Position numbers and translations under genes: made by a program | The notes under the pieces: generated by a model | Told to the model about the DNA's origin: nothing | The model's database searches: none | Seen by the model: only the letters and a program-made list of their open reading frames with translations | Assembly: GCF_009914755.1 (NCBI RefSeq) | Contig: NC_060942.1 | From: the human T2T-CHM13v2.0 reference genome, Homo sapiens | Length of the DNA stretch: 64,000 nt | Reading direction: 5' to 3' (one strand) | In this document: positions 1-12,265 of the stretch, piece by piece | Position numbering within the stretch: the first letter of the stretch is position 1 | How the letters are laid out: each line of letters opens with the position of its first letter

Positions 1-834
1 ACTTTTCTGATAGCCAAGGACTAAACAAGGTGGTGTGGACAGAAGGAAAAAATGTGTAAGTAAGATCCTATCCCTCTTTACAGGCAGATCACAATCTAGT
101 AGTGGACAGAGACACATAAGCCAATGAATGCTAAGATGATAAACACAAGAATACAAATCCTTAACGTACCAGGGAACCACAGAGGAGGGACAGCTGAGGT
201 CTCTCTTGTAGGGTCAAGAAAGCTTCCTGGTGCATATGACGTCTGTGCTGGATTTTGAAAATTGAAAGAGAGTTTCCCAGTCAGACCAGACTGACAGGCA
301 GGGAGAAACAGCATATGGACAAATGCATCCAGGGAACATTTAAAATAGTTTAACACTGCTGGAGCTTAGAAATAGACTGGAGGGGTATGTAGGTAGGAGG
401 AGTTTCATAAGGAACCTGTGTGTCGTTATGCTAAGCTACCTGGACCCTCGTCTTATTGATGACAGGGAGCCAGAAAAAGGTTTAATGAGGAGAAGGGCAC
501 GCTCCGAGATCTGTGGTCTCATTTGAAGGAACGCACAGCTTTAGTAAAGAGTCGGTGGTAGAGACAGAGCAGAAGACAGGGCCATTAGGAGGAGATTGGA
601 AATTCCTGATGAACATCTAAATCAGGGCAGCGGCCATAAAGAAATAAAAGAAAAATGAACAAATACAGTGTTTCTTTTATTAGTCTTTATAGTCATTCAT
701 TTAACAGGCATTTAATGAGCACTCACTGTTAAGGGAAGCATTTCATTAATATATGTTATACTTTTCAGCTTTTTGAAGCATTTTTGCAAGCTTCATTATA
801 TTTCTTGATGCCAGAGTAATTATGTCAGGCAAGA

Positions 835-980
835 ATAGGTTTTATCATCCCCATTTTGCAGATGAAGAAACTGAGGTTCAGAGGGATGAACTCATTTTTC
901 CCAAGGTTAATACAGATAGCAAACTGAAAAGTATGAGTTAGATCCAAATCTGCTTACTGTGGTCCAGGTTTCCTTCCACC
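835..980 (-). mobile_element. MIR SINE
   Basis: MIR core reverse complement: atccccattttgcagatgaagaaactgagg. Confidence 0.75.
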
Positions 981-1017
981 ATCACACCATGGAATTATCA
1001 GCTCAAAACAATTTCCT

Positions 1018-1312
1018 GGCCAGGTGTGGTGGAGCTCACACCTGTAATCCCAGCACACTGGAAGGCCAAGGCAGGAGGATCATTTGTGGTCAGGAGTTTG
1101 AGAACAGTCTGGTCAACACTCACAGTGAGACTTTGTCTCTACAAAAAATAAAAAAAATTAGCCAGGTGTGGTGGCACACACCTGTAGTCCCAGCTACTCA
1201 GGAGGCTGAGGTGGGAGGATTACTGGAGCCCATGGATTGATGAGCTGTGTTTGCACCACTGCACTCCAGCCTGGGTGACAGAGCAAGACCCTGTGTCAGA
1301 AAAACGAACAAA
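1018..1312 (+). mobile_element. Alu (AluJ-like)
   Basis: Dimeric Alu with A-rich linker, J-type ggaggat motifs, high divergence. Confidence 0.9.
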
Positions 1313-2833
1313 TCTCCCCTCCCCATAATTTTCCTACTTATGCATCCCCAGAAAATAAAAGTTTGCTCAACAATATGCTATCAGTCATGAGAATGAAAAA
1401 TTTATAAAAATGTTGAAAGTTTTAGCAGACTGTAGGAGTCTCAGAGTTATTGATCTAGACACAAATGGCCTGGCAAATGGGAAGAAATGCAGGAGTGCCT
1501 CTGGTTTGCTTTTTAAATAAACAGTGAATCCACTTGCACAGACACATGACTCTGGCACAGTGAATGAGGATTTATGAGGTGCTTGACAGGATGCCCTTAC
1601 CTCCTCTCTGCTGCCTGGGTAAAATTTCTGCTTTAGATGGAAAGGCAAATAGGGCTGTGAAGATCTGTCTCCGTCACTAAGAAAACCAAAAAGCATCTGG
1701 TGACCTATTTAGGCTTAATTTGCCTTTAGGCTTCTCTGATATCATGAGAAGTGCGCTGTTGTTCGGCACATTAATATACACTAATTTTGTTTGGTGTCTC
1801 CATTCTCCTGCATCCCAAATATGAGTGCATTCAAAAGGCCAAGGTCACATCTTCCCCCTCTTGCTAAGCACATCATTTATTTGTTGCTGCCAGACCTACT
1901 TGTTGAAAAACATTTTCTATTCAGAGTTAAATCTGGCTGATTCTGCCAATGTATTTACATGACTGGGTCTGCGTTTATTGCTATAAAAAGGGATTAGTCC
2001 TGCTGTAATAATATTTTCCATTTAGAGAGCACTTTGGGCTGAGAGGCCCATTCAAAGCCTCATTGTTCTGAGGCTGCCTTTTTAAAAATCAGCCGCTTTA
2101 TCCCATCGAACTTTGACTGTGAAGAAAACAAAAGGCCTTTGACCCACCTGGTAGAGGGAATGAACTTAAAGAAGGGTATGTTGGCAGTTTGTTTCCAGAA
2201 TCCTTTTGAGAGAAGCTGCCCAATTCCACATTTGGATCCAAACTAGTTAACCAAATTTGTGAGAAAAGACTGGCTAGAGAAAAAGCATAGTAGAACTGGA
2301 AAGCACCTTAGAAATCACCAAGAGGAGTGATTTTCACATTTCCTTTTTCCAGCAGAACTCCTTTTCCCAGACAAAATGTATGCTGGATTGGTTGGAGTGG
2401 CTACAGCCTTCCCTAGTCATTCCCTGGTGGCTCCTAGGGCTCTCAGGGAACATCCTTTGAAAAATTCTACTGCAGGGTGACCTTGTCATCTTTCATACAA
2501 GAAAAGGGAGGTCCAGAGAGCTAGGTGGCTTGCTCAAAGACTGACAGCAAGTGACAGGAACAGCGTGGTATCCCCAAGGTCTCCTCAGCCCAGGAAGGAC
2601 TTAAAAGGAGGACCAACAACAGCATCCTGGTTTTCTTTCTATTGTTTCAATATTAGTGCTTTTCTCCCAAATGGGAATCTTCAGATGATCTTCAACTCTG
2701 GTTCCCTTCAACAAAGGAAGAGTTTTGTCCCTTCCTGGCCTCTCTTTAGTGTGGACTAGCGTCTTTCCCTTTTTCTCCTTGAATCCAGGTTGAAACTACT
2801 AGAGACCTTTGGAGGACACATAATCATCTGCCC

Positions 2834-2976
2834 CATTGGGAGATATACCTAATGCTAGATGACACATTAGTGGGTGTAGCGAACCAGCATGGCACATGTA
2901 TACATATGTAACTAACCTGCACAATGTGCACATGTACCCTAAAACTTAGAGTATAATAAAAAAAAAAAAAAAAAAA
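2834..2976 (+). mobile_element. L1HS-Ta, extremely 5'-truncated, with poly(A) and 14-bp TSD
   Basis: L1 3' end cattgggagatatacctaatgctagatgacACAttagtggg...aaaacttaGagtataat(A)n. TSD aatcatctgcccca at 2822-2835 and 2975-2988. Confidence 0.95.
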
Positions 2977-3919
2977 TCATCTGCCCCAGAGCCTTTCCCT
3001 TATTGAATCACAAAACAAATAGCCCTCCAGGGGAAGAGCCCAGCCTTTGCAAGGCGGGTGGCAGGTGCCCTTGGCCTCCCGTTGCCCTCACACTGCCCCA
3101 TGAGCCTCCTCTCTGATTACTCCTCTCTTACCCTGGGGCTTAGCAACACTTCTCTTGTGCATGTCAGTAAAAAGACAAGCAGTGTGAGCCTAAAATGCCC
3201 AGATCCAAGAAAACTGTAAGACCAACTTGCTTAACCAAGCATTTCTAGAAGGGAAGAGTCCTTTTGACTAATGTTTTTAGACTGTTTGCTTACTCTTCAT
3301 CTATCACCAGTTCTTGTTTGCCAGTCTCAAGCAGATCATTTATATGTGCCCAGAATCCCTGGGTAGTGGGCAAACTGTAAGAATCAATGGAATAAATAAA
3401 TTAGTTCCTAAGCTTCTCAAATAAATCCAGTTGAATTAGATGTATCTAAAATCACACAGTCTTGAAGAGTAAAGTGGAGATGGTAATGAAATGAGAAACA
3501 GGCTCTTTATTTGAGGAAAACGTAAGAAAAGGGGAAAAAGCTCTCCAAAGGCATGAAAAATTCAAGGAAGTCATATGTGCACAGAGAATCCGTCATTGTT
3601 ATTTTGGGGGCTTTGTCTCCCAACTGCCTTTTCCTCAGCCTCAATTTAGCTTATCTCTCTAGAACCTCCCATTGAGATTTGAATGCAGGTCTTCTCAAGT
3701 AGAGTCAGTTGGTTACTTGATAAATACTGTATATTCCCAGAGAAAAGGGAAGGTTGTTTTCCCTCAAGATCTCGCCCTCAGAAAGGAAGAGATAGCCCTC
3801 ATTTACATCGTCATTGCCCTTTCTAGTATGAGGTTCAGATGCTTTGGACAACAAAGTTCTACCTGGGTTAGACACATGGGCTAGAAACACCTACACGTGT
3901 GAGCGCACACACACGTAGC

Positions 3920-4050
3920 AATGCTTTGCTGAGACCTCCCAATATGCCAGGAACTGTCCTAAGTCTTTTATTTGCCTTAATTGTTTTAATCCTCACAACA
4001 ACCCTCTAAATCAGCTACTATTACTATCTTGATTGTAATATGAGGAAACT
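3920..4050 (-). mobile_element. MIR fragment interrupted by Alu
   Basis: tttaatcctcacaacaaccct...tgaggaaact matches the MIR reverse complement. Confidence 0.7.
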
Positions 4051-4056
4051 GCTAGC

Positions 4057-4368
4057 TTTATTTTACTTTATTTATTTTTATTTTTTGAGACAGAGTCTCA
4101 TTCTGTCACCCAGGCTGGCGTGCAGTGGTGCCATCTCAGCTCACTACAACCTCCGCCTTCCAGGTTCAAGTGTTTCTCCTGCCTCAGCCTCCTGAATAGC
4201 TGAGATTACAAGCACCCACCATCATGCACAGCTAATTTTTGTATTTTTAGTGGAGACGGGGTTTTGCCATGTTGGCCAGGCTGGTCTCGAATTCCTGACC
4301 TCAGGTGATCGGGCTGCCTTGGCCTCCCAAAGTGCTAGGATCACAGGTGTGAGGCACCACGCCAGGCC
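4057..4368 (-). mobile_element. Alu (AluS-like) with TSD gaaactgctag
   Basis: Full dimer in reverse orientation. Direct repeat at 4045-4055 and 4370-4380. Confidence 0.93.
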
Positions 4369-4787
4369 AGAAACTGCTAGGTTTAGATCCTTATACAGGT
4401 CACCTGATATAATTGGTATTTTAAAAAGGCAAATAGAAAAACATAAGATTTAAAACCTGTTGTACAATGAAGGTGAATTATATTTAAAGTGAACATTTCA
4501 CAACTACATCTACAAAAGTTTACATCTTCAAGCTGGCCTAAATCATATTTTGCTTTGTTTGTTAGGTCTTCTCACTGGGAAGATAAAGTATCACCTCGTA
4601 ATTTGGATTATTTTATGCTTTGGCATATGCCATATTTACTGAGCACCTACTATGTAGAGAAGACTATGTAGAGAAGACTGCTTTGGCAACTGTTGGAAAA
4701 ACCAGTGATATATATCTGATCTTGCTTTTGATCTAGTTACAGTCAAGACTAACACATGCTCACACACACTCAAGTCTTTCCCCTCCC

Positions 4788-4892
4788 AGTGCCAGGATGG
4801 GGTGAGGCAAGGGAGACCCCTGAAGGAGTGAGAGCCCCCTAAAATGTTCTACCCTAGGCGCCTTGCCTGCCTCACCCCAGCCCTGCCCCCTG
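4788..4892. mobile_element. Short palindromic DNA transposon (MER91-like, hAT-Tip100)
   Basis: Inverted arms ggggtgaggca ... tgcctcacccc. Confidence 0.55.
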
Positions 4893-6987
4893 CCTCTTAA
4901 ACCTGTACCAAGCAAGCACCATCATTGATACAACAGAATGGAGTGTAATCATGTATTCAAATTAATGGACTATGGGGAAAATGCACAGCATCTGTAGATG
5001 GTCAAAGTAATAGAGCAGATAGAGCCTTGACATTAGTTAATTCTGATTAAAAACCCAGTTGCCAAGCTAGTCAGCCTTGAGCATGAACATTTTGAGGAAG
5101 AGGAAATGATTTTATTTCAGGAAGACAGCCGAACAGAAACAGCTCATTAAAATGGGTTTGATGGGTGGGAAAGAGAAAGCGAACTATTCCCCACAGCAAT
5201 TGCAAGACTCTAAGTGCAGAAAATGATGAGATCTGCCAAGAAAAGAGACCCAACCACGCCGAATATTCCAAAACCGTTGGTGCATCTGAAGCCTAGTTAC
5301 TAAATTGTCTCAGCAGACAATATGACTTAGACACTCATTCATCCAGCAAATATTTACTGAGCAGCTATTACTCTCCTAGGTGCCGTGGGATGCAGTGGTG
5401 AGTGGCAAGAATGGATAGATGAAGTCTATCAGTGACATTCCAGGCAGGAGCAGCGGGCTCTCTGCTGCCAGTGGTGCCGACTTCAAAATATCTCATAGGA
5501 AGTCTTCCCCATTTCACCCCACATTCACTAATTCTGCTTCTCTGCAAAATTTACTATTTAGTCCATCCTATATTTTATAAGCAAAACATCACTTACATAA
5601 ACAGAAGTCATTGTAAAATTAATAACCGTTTCCATATAAATATACAAAACTATCAATATCTTCTTTGTGAAGGACTGGAGAAGCTGGACTGAAACTTAAG
5701 GAGGTACAAACATTTTACATAGGAATGAAGTTTACCTTTCCAAATGTGGGTGATGAGGCAACAATATGGGATTTTTAAAAAGTAGACAGTTTCTTGGTTG
5801 TCTGACATAAAGCTAGAAAGAAGGTGTGATTTGTCCTAAATGGTTGGGGCAGGGGGTATAATTTAATAGGAAACTTAACCAATGCACATTGGGATCTCAT
5901 GTGTTTAAAGTACATAAAAACTGATAGAAATTTATAGAACATGGATAGTTCTTGTCTTGACTATATCCTGAGCATATTTGAAAGTAAATATTATAACTAT
6001 TGATTTTATTCCATGAAATTGTATTTCTATTAAAATGATGTTTTATGAAATGGAAAATTGCTTTGTTTCTCATTTATATGTATTGCCCATGTTCATAAAT
6101 TCCTGTTTTTGTTTGCCTCATCTTCTAGGGAGTGGTTCTGAATGCATGGCCCTCTGCCCACTTGGGAGGGCCAATAGGTTTTACTAACAGGTTGCCCACC
6201 AATCCCAAAACTTCTTAAATGCCTGAATGAGATCAACTCATTAATAACTGCCTACAGATGATTTGCTAAATTTTGCAGTTTTTGAACCAAACGAATGGTT
6301 TTCAGAGCTTAGAGAGTTTAGCAATTGCTCCAATTCTGTATTTTGCTAATTCAATATTTTCCCAACATTGCTAGGCTCCTACTGCATGTGCAAATAGTTG
6401 AAATTCCTACAATTTGTGGGAAGGATACTTATTATCAGTACTGTCTTGAATTGATCATGTTTTTCTTAATTGCTGTTCTTCTTGCTTAATAGCAAATTAT
6501 TGTTGGTTTTGCTCATCATTATCAGTTTAGTTTGTTGTGGGTTATTTTTAGCCCCACAATATGTAGTAATGAATATTTATAAATTTTTAGGCTATAATTT
6601 TCTAAAACTAGACTCTGATATGTATGCACTGCATTTAAGTATGATTCATCCATACCCTTATTGCTAAAGCAGATGTATACATATTTCCCCCATAATTTGC
6701 TCATGTGAGAAAATTTCATTGGTAATGCGCGCAGTACATTTTAGCTTGCGAATTACTTACAATATACCATCAAGGTAAATCTAATATAAGTATTGGGTTA
6801 TTTTATGTTTACATGATATTGTTTTAAAATAAAAAACAAACCATGAGCTAATAGTTCAATCTTCTTATGTAAATATGAGCACTTAATTTATAGGCTGGTT
6901 GGTTGGTTTGCTTTGGGCCAGCCTTTGATTATCACTTCAAACCAGAAACGAAAGGAGTAAGTCAAAATAGTGAATTATCATTCAAGG

Positions 6988-7702
6988 CCAGTATTCCCCC
7001 AACTGTGTTCTGCTAGACATCAATAGACATTCTGCAAATGATGGATTCTTTACTCAAATAAATTGGGAGAAAGTGATACATATTATGTTCCCATTTTAGA
7101 GATTTCCAGGGCCCCTTAGCATATTGTGATGGTTAGTTTTATGTGTCAATTTGGTTAGACCATAATACTAAAATATTTGGTTAAACACCTTTCTGAATGT
7201 TGCTGTGAAGACATTTTTTAGATACGATTAACATTTAAATCAGTAGACTTTGAGTAAAGCAGACTGCCCTCCATTATGTGTGTGGGCCTCATGCAATCAA
7301 TTGACGACCTTAAGAGAAAAAAGACTGACCTCCCCCAAAGAAAGGGTAATTCTCCCAACAGGCTGCCTTCGGGCTCAAGCTGCAGCATTATTTTTCCCCT
7401 GGGTCTCCAGCTTGATGACCTACCCTGCAGATTTTAGACTTGCCACAGTCCACAATCCTGTGAGCCAACTCCTTAAAATCTCTCTTTCTCCCCTTCCCCA
7501 CCCCCACCCCCAACACACACAATTGGTTCTGTTTCTCTAAAGAACCCTGACTAATCTACATATTAAAGGCTCTGAAAAGTTATGCAATTAAAAAAAAAAC
7601 AAACCTGTTTAACCTAGTATTTTCCCAGCTTATTTAATCACAAAACATTTTTCATAAAATACCTACTGTTAATAATATCTCAAAACACAGCTTGGAAAAT
7701 GC
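6988..7702. mobile_element. Non-autonomous hAT-Charlie-type DNA element split by an MLT2 LTR
   Basis: Flanks rejoin as ttagcatattaaaggctctgaaaag; termini resemble cagtrtttccc inverted repeats. Confidence 0.55.
7125..7558 (+). mobile_element. MLT2 (ERVL) solo LTR with 5-bp TSD CATAT
   Basis: Starts tgtgatggttagttttatgtgtcaa and ends ggttctgtttctctaaagaaccctgactaat. CATAT at 7120-7124 and 7559-7563. Confidence 0.88.
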
Positions 7703-7996
7703 CCTTTTCCAGACTATACCTTAGACAGAGGTTTATTTGCAGCCTGTGTCAGCAATATTGGAGTCTGAATCTGTCTAATTCAGAAACTAGTGGCACAAAT
7801 ATTGGAATAAAAGATTCTACGCATTGTTTTCTTCTGCACAGAGCATAGGCAGAAGAAAATAATTACATGTTATATGAACATGATGAAGTAAATGTCCATT
7901 GCAGAGCCAGTTTCCCACGTATTATGTCTTATGAAAAAGTATCTACCTATAAAATCAACCCTATAGTTGTGCTTTTGTAAAATGCTCTTCTTTGGG

Positions 7997-8360
7997 TATC
8001 TTAGTCTGTTTGGGCTGCTATAACAAAATACTACAAACTGGGTGACTTATAAGCAAAAATTTATTTCTCATGGTTCTGGCAGCTGGGAAGTCCAAGATCA
8101 AAGTGCTGAGAGATGTGGTGTCTGGTGAGGGCCCGTTTCCTGGTTCACACATGGTGACGTCTAGCTGTGTGTTCACATGGCGGAAGGGGCAAAGCAGCTC
8201 CCTTAGGTCCCTTTTATAAGGTCATCAGTCCCATTCATGACAGCCCTACCCTCATGACCTAATCACCTCACCAAAGGCCTCACCTTCTAATCACATTATC
8301 TTGGGGTTTAGCATTTCAACAAATGAATTTGGAGGGGGACACAGCATACAGACCATCGCA
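7997..8360 (-). mobile_element. MaLR LTR (MLT1A-like)
   Basis: tcttagtctgtttgggctgctataacaaaatac...aagtccaagatcaa...gaccatcgca. Confidence 0.85.
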
Positions 8361-8776
8361 ATGGATATTCCTGGGGACTGGGATGTCACACTGAAACATC
8401 ATCAGTTGCAGTGTAATTGGCACAAGACAATGTACAAACAGCAGGGAGGCTAACAAGAGAAGTCAACTTACCCCAGAGAGAAGTCTCCATGCCCTATGCC
8501 TCCTTTTTCTCTTGTGATCCCTTCTTGAGTGTGTTTCCAGAAATGTTCCTCACTGATCCCAATTCATCCCTTAGCTCTTATCCTAGAAGCCACTTTTTCC
8601 AAAACGCCTTTTCTGACTCTGCTCCTACCCCAAACCCATCAGGCAAGCCCATCAGGCAAGCCTTCCATCTGTCTTCCTTGTTACATGCATTCAAATCCCC
8701 TGCACCTCTGCACTGGACCTGGACATTGTTTATTACCAATGCCTGTCTTTCCTACAAGACTCTAAGGTCCACGTGA

Positions 8777-9342
8777 AGTCAGGGTTCAGAACATGATACC
8801 GCAATGTGTGGCAACTTGGCATACTGAGTATTTTAAGCTGAAGGAAATTGAGAAAGCTTCAAAAGCAGGAAGGTCTCTCTGACCTTCTCCACCCTCTTTC
8901 TCTTGAACTGGGCCATAGAAACTAGAATTCCACCTGCCCCTTCTTCTCTGAAGCGGACCTTAAAACCTAGGAAGCTCACTCTCTGATCTTCTTCCTCCTT
9001 TCTCCCCTGAAGATCCCCATGTGACAGATGTGTCACCCTATAACCAGAGAAAAGAAATGGCATGCAGGGATGCCAGGAGGAATCTGAACAAACAGGTCCT
9101 ACTAAGTTCCCCCCAACCCCCAGTTTATTACCATAAGATCAGATCCTTTTGTCCTCCAATTATACTTCTGCATGACTGTCCATAAAAATAATTTCTTCTC
9201 AGTCTTTGGGTCTTATTTCTGAAGGCTCCCATGTCACATAAAACTTATATTAAATAAATGTGTTATGCATTTCTCTTATTAATGGGTGTCAGCCATGAAC
9301 CTTGTGATGGGTTAGAAAAGAAGTTTCTCTTTCTCCCCTACA
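8777..9342 (+). mobile_element. ERV1 LTR (MER34-like), probably inserted in an L2 remnant
   Basis: gtcagggttcagaacatgatacc...ttttaagctgaaggaaattgagaa; AATAAA near 3' end; ends ctcccctaca. Confidence 0.75.
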
Positions 9343-9486
9343 CGGTCAGGGACTGTTCCCACTTTGCTCATCTCAGCAGCCATAGTGACTGGCCATCATG
9401 GAAACCCTCAGTGAAGTAACAAAAGGTTGAAGGGGCTTTCCTTCTCCCTAATTTTCCTCATGATTCCATAGAAATAATCCTTTCTT

Positions 9487-9789
<303 letters not shown>

Positions 9790-10973
9790 GAAGAAGAAGT
9801 AATCCCAAACCAGAGTGTTTTCCTGACCCCTCTTTTAAGATCTTCACCCTCTTAACCTTGAAAAAAACCTATGCCAAGAGTCCATGAAATGTTCACATAT
9901 GCATGTGTATACACACACATCCCCACGCACGTCTGTACCTTCACTTACTCTTGCAAATAATAAAAACAAATAGGCGTGTGCCAACACAATAGTGTAAAGA
10001 GGGGATTCAAGGAGCAGTAGTTTTGGGGAGTGAGAGAGACTGAATCCAGTTACAGCTGTGTCATTATATGGGTCAAGTAAAATTGTGCAAAAGTTTTCAA
10101 ATCTATAAAAAGAAAAGCAGATATTCAGTCTTGATTCTAGAAACCCTTCCCCTTCTCCCCTGCCATTTACGCAGCCTAGTGCTATATTGTGTACACTGAA
10201 AATGGGTTTCTCTTCCAAGAATTATCTCTGAAAACAAAAGCATTAAGAAAAATAATGTATTGGCAGGTAGACGGGCTTTCATTTCAGGAAATTTGGCGGA
10301 GTGTTGGAGGGCTGTGTTTGTGGAAGGCCTGAGGGTGAGGATGGCATGCAGTGAATGCCAGACCTGGTTACCCTCTCTCTCTGCACCTTCATATCCCTCT
10401 GCCTGATCTTCAGCTACTCACACACATTCCTCCTCTGCAGGGATCCTGGAGCTGGCATGGCCTCATCCTCTCCTTCCAGGCCCACATCCAGAGGCATAAA
10501 ACCTGTGCCACCACCAGTAGTGTCATCTGAAGAGGTTGCCAGTGTGTCTATTCCCAGGCAAGATGCACCTATAGGGCTTTCCCAAGACCCCCTCTCCTTC
10601 GCTGTGTCCCCATCAAGTCTACAGGTGAGTCTTGATAACATAAGACTATAGATACATTGGCTCCTGGCATGAAGGAGTTAAGACCTGGAGAAGTCAGGGT
10701 ATCTAAATGCCTTCCTTAAATGCCTCTCTGCCTTCTTCCAATCAAGTCCTTCTGTAGCTGATAGAGAGGTTCAAGCATGAGTAACCAACTCTAACAAAGA
10801 AATTCCTACCCACCCACCCACCTCTGCCCCATGCTACTTGAAACCAGGGAAATTCACAGATCAGAAAAGTTTAAATATGCCAAAAAAATTTTGCACATTT
10901 AAAAATACAGACTAATACAATACTCCTTGCTTTTTTGGTATAAGAAGTGGGTATTGAATCACAATAATGTCTC

Positions 10974-11270
10974 TTATTTATTTAGGAGACAAGGTCTCAC
11001 TCTGTCACACAGGCTGGAGTGCAGTGGCGCAATCAGGCTCACTGTAGCCTCAAACTCCTAGGCGCAAGCGACTTCCAGGCTCAGCCTCATGATTAAACTA
11101 GGACTACAGGTGTGCACCACCATGCCTGGCTAATTTCCTCATTAATTTTTGTAGAGACAGGGGTCCCACTGAGTTGCCCAGGCTGGTCTCAAACTCCTGG
11201 CCTCAAGTGATCCTCCAGCCTTGGCCTTCCAAAAAGCTGGGATTACAGGCATGAACCACTGTGCCTGGCC
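10974..11270 (-). mobile_element. Alu (AluJ-like)
   Basis: Reverse dimer with J-type ctcaagtgatcctcc. Confidence 0.9.
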
Positions 11271-11889
11271 ACATCTCACTTTTAAAACTGTGGGGATTAC
11301 TTTATAATTTCCCAGAAAGCCAGAGCATGCTTACACCTGCACCCATGCATATCAGGTCATTGATAGCCCTTAATTAGGAGTAGGGTACCTGCTAAACTAA
11401 ATTGAAATTCATTGATATGATCCAGTTATCGAAAGACAGGATGCTTTTTATCAAAAAAGTCTCTCCAAAATACCCTATTCATGAGAACATTAATTGAAGG
11501 ACACCTTTCCAGGCTCAGGGCCAAGAGGCCAAGTCACTCTACCCTACTTCACAGGGGCTGCATGAAGTTGTTCTGTATACGGTGCAACAAGTTGTTCTGT
11601 ATATGGTTCACTTGGGACCTGGGGCATGCAGCACAATTTCTAAACACTGGAGGATAAAGGAAGGGCCACCAGAAGAAAACCCAAGTTGCAAAGACAAGCT
11701 TGGGCTTACTCATTAAAGATGTGTTCTTTGGCCTCTCGGAGGAGCTACTTGAAAGTCACCTCCACTTAAAATCCTTGGCTCAGGATCTTCTTACTGCTTT
11801 ATCACCCAAGTCTACTAAAATCCTTAGAATAACTGATGATGAAAATCTCAGCCAATTTTTTTTCTTTTCCTGGGGTTAGGAGGGGGGAA

Positions 11890-11935
11890 AAAACCAATAC
11901 GTGAGTCTATTTGAAATCATTTTATGAACTTTAAT
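11890..11935 (-). terminator. Distal polyadenylation signal with GU/U-rich downstream element
   Basis: Minus strand: ATTAAA (11935-11930), CA ~17 nt later (11913-11912), then gtattggtttttt. UGUA motifs upstream. Confidence 0.65.
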
Positions 11936-12227
11936 CATAGCAAATGTGTTTTTACGGTAGTCATAAAATCAACATTACCACATATACAAAGGACAAGACA
12001 CCAGTTTGGCATACAAAAATACCATATATTAAAATTGGGTTCATTGGAAAACTCAGGACTGGCTAAGACACCATCTATAACAGAGAGAGCAAGCAAGAAT
12101 GCTTTTAAGACATTCAGATTTATAAACAGCAGCTTGATATCCCCTTTACGAAGTCAATATTTGGCAACATTTGGACAATATTTTCTACACAGCCCAGCAG
12201 CTCATTTATCTGTAGGGCTATTTGGCC

Positions 12228-12230
<3 letters not shown>

Positions 12231-12262
<32 letters not shown>
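12231..12262. repeat. A32 mononucleotide tract (U32 in the mRNA)
   Basis: Directly visible; no retroelement body attached. Confidence 0.95.

Positions 12263-12265
<3 letters not shown>

Noticed and set aside
4649-4679. Short direct duplications (also ~8635-8662, ~11565-11603, ~57681-57709, ~63878-63901)
   Set aside because: 11-15 bp slippage duplications are common in mammalian DNA. No array structure, so not CRISPR-like.
5470-6830. AT-rich stretch that might be an ancient DNA transposon or pseudogene
   Set aside because: Manual translation gave no recognisable protein and I found no terminal repeats; cannot classify without Dfam/BLASTX.
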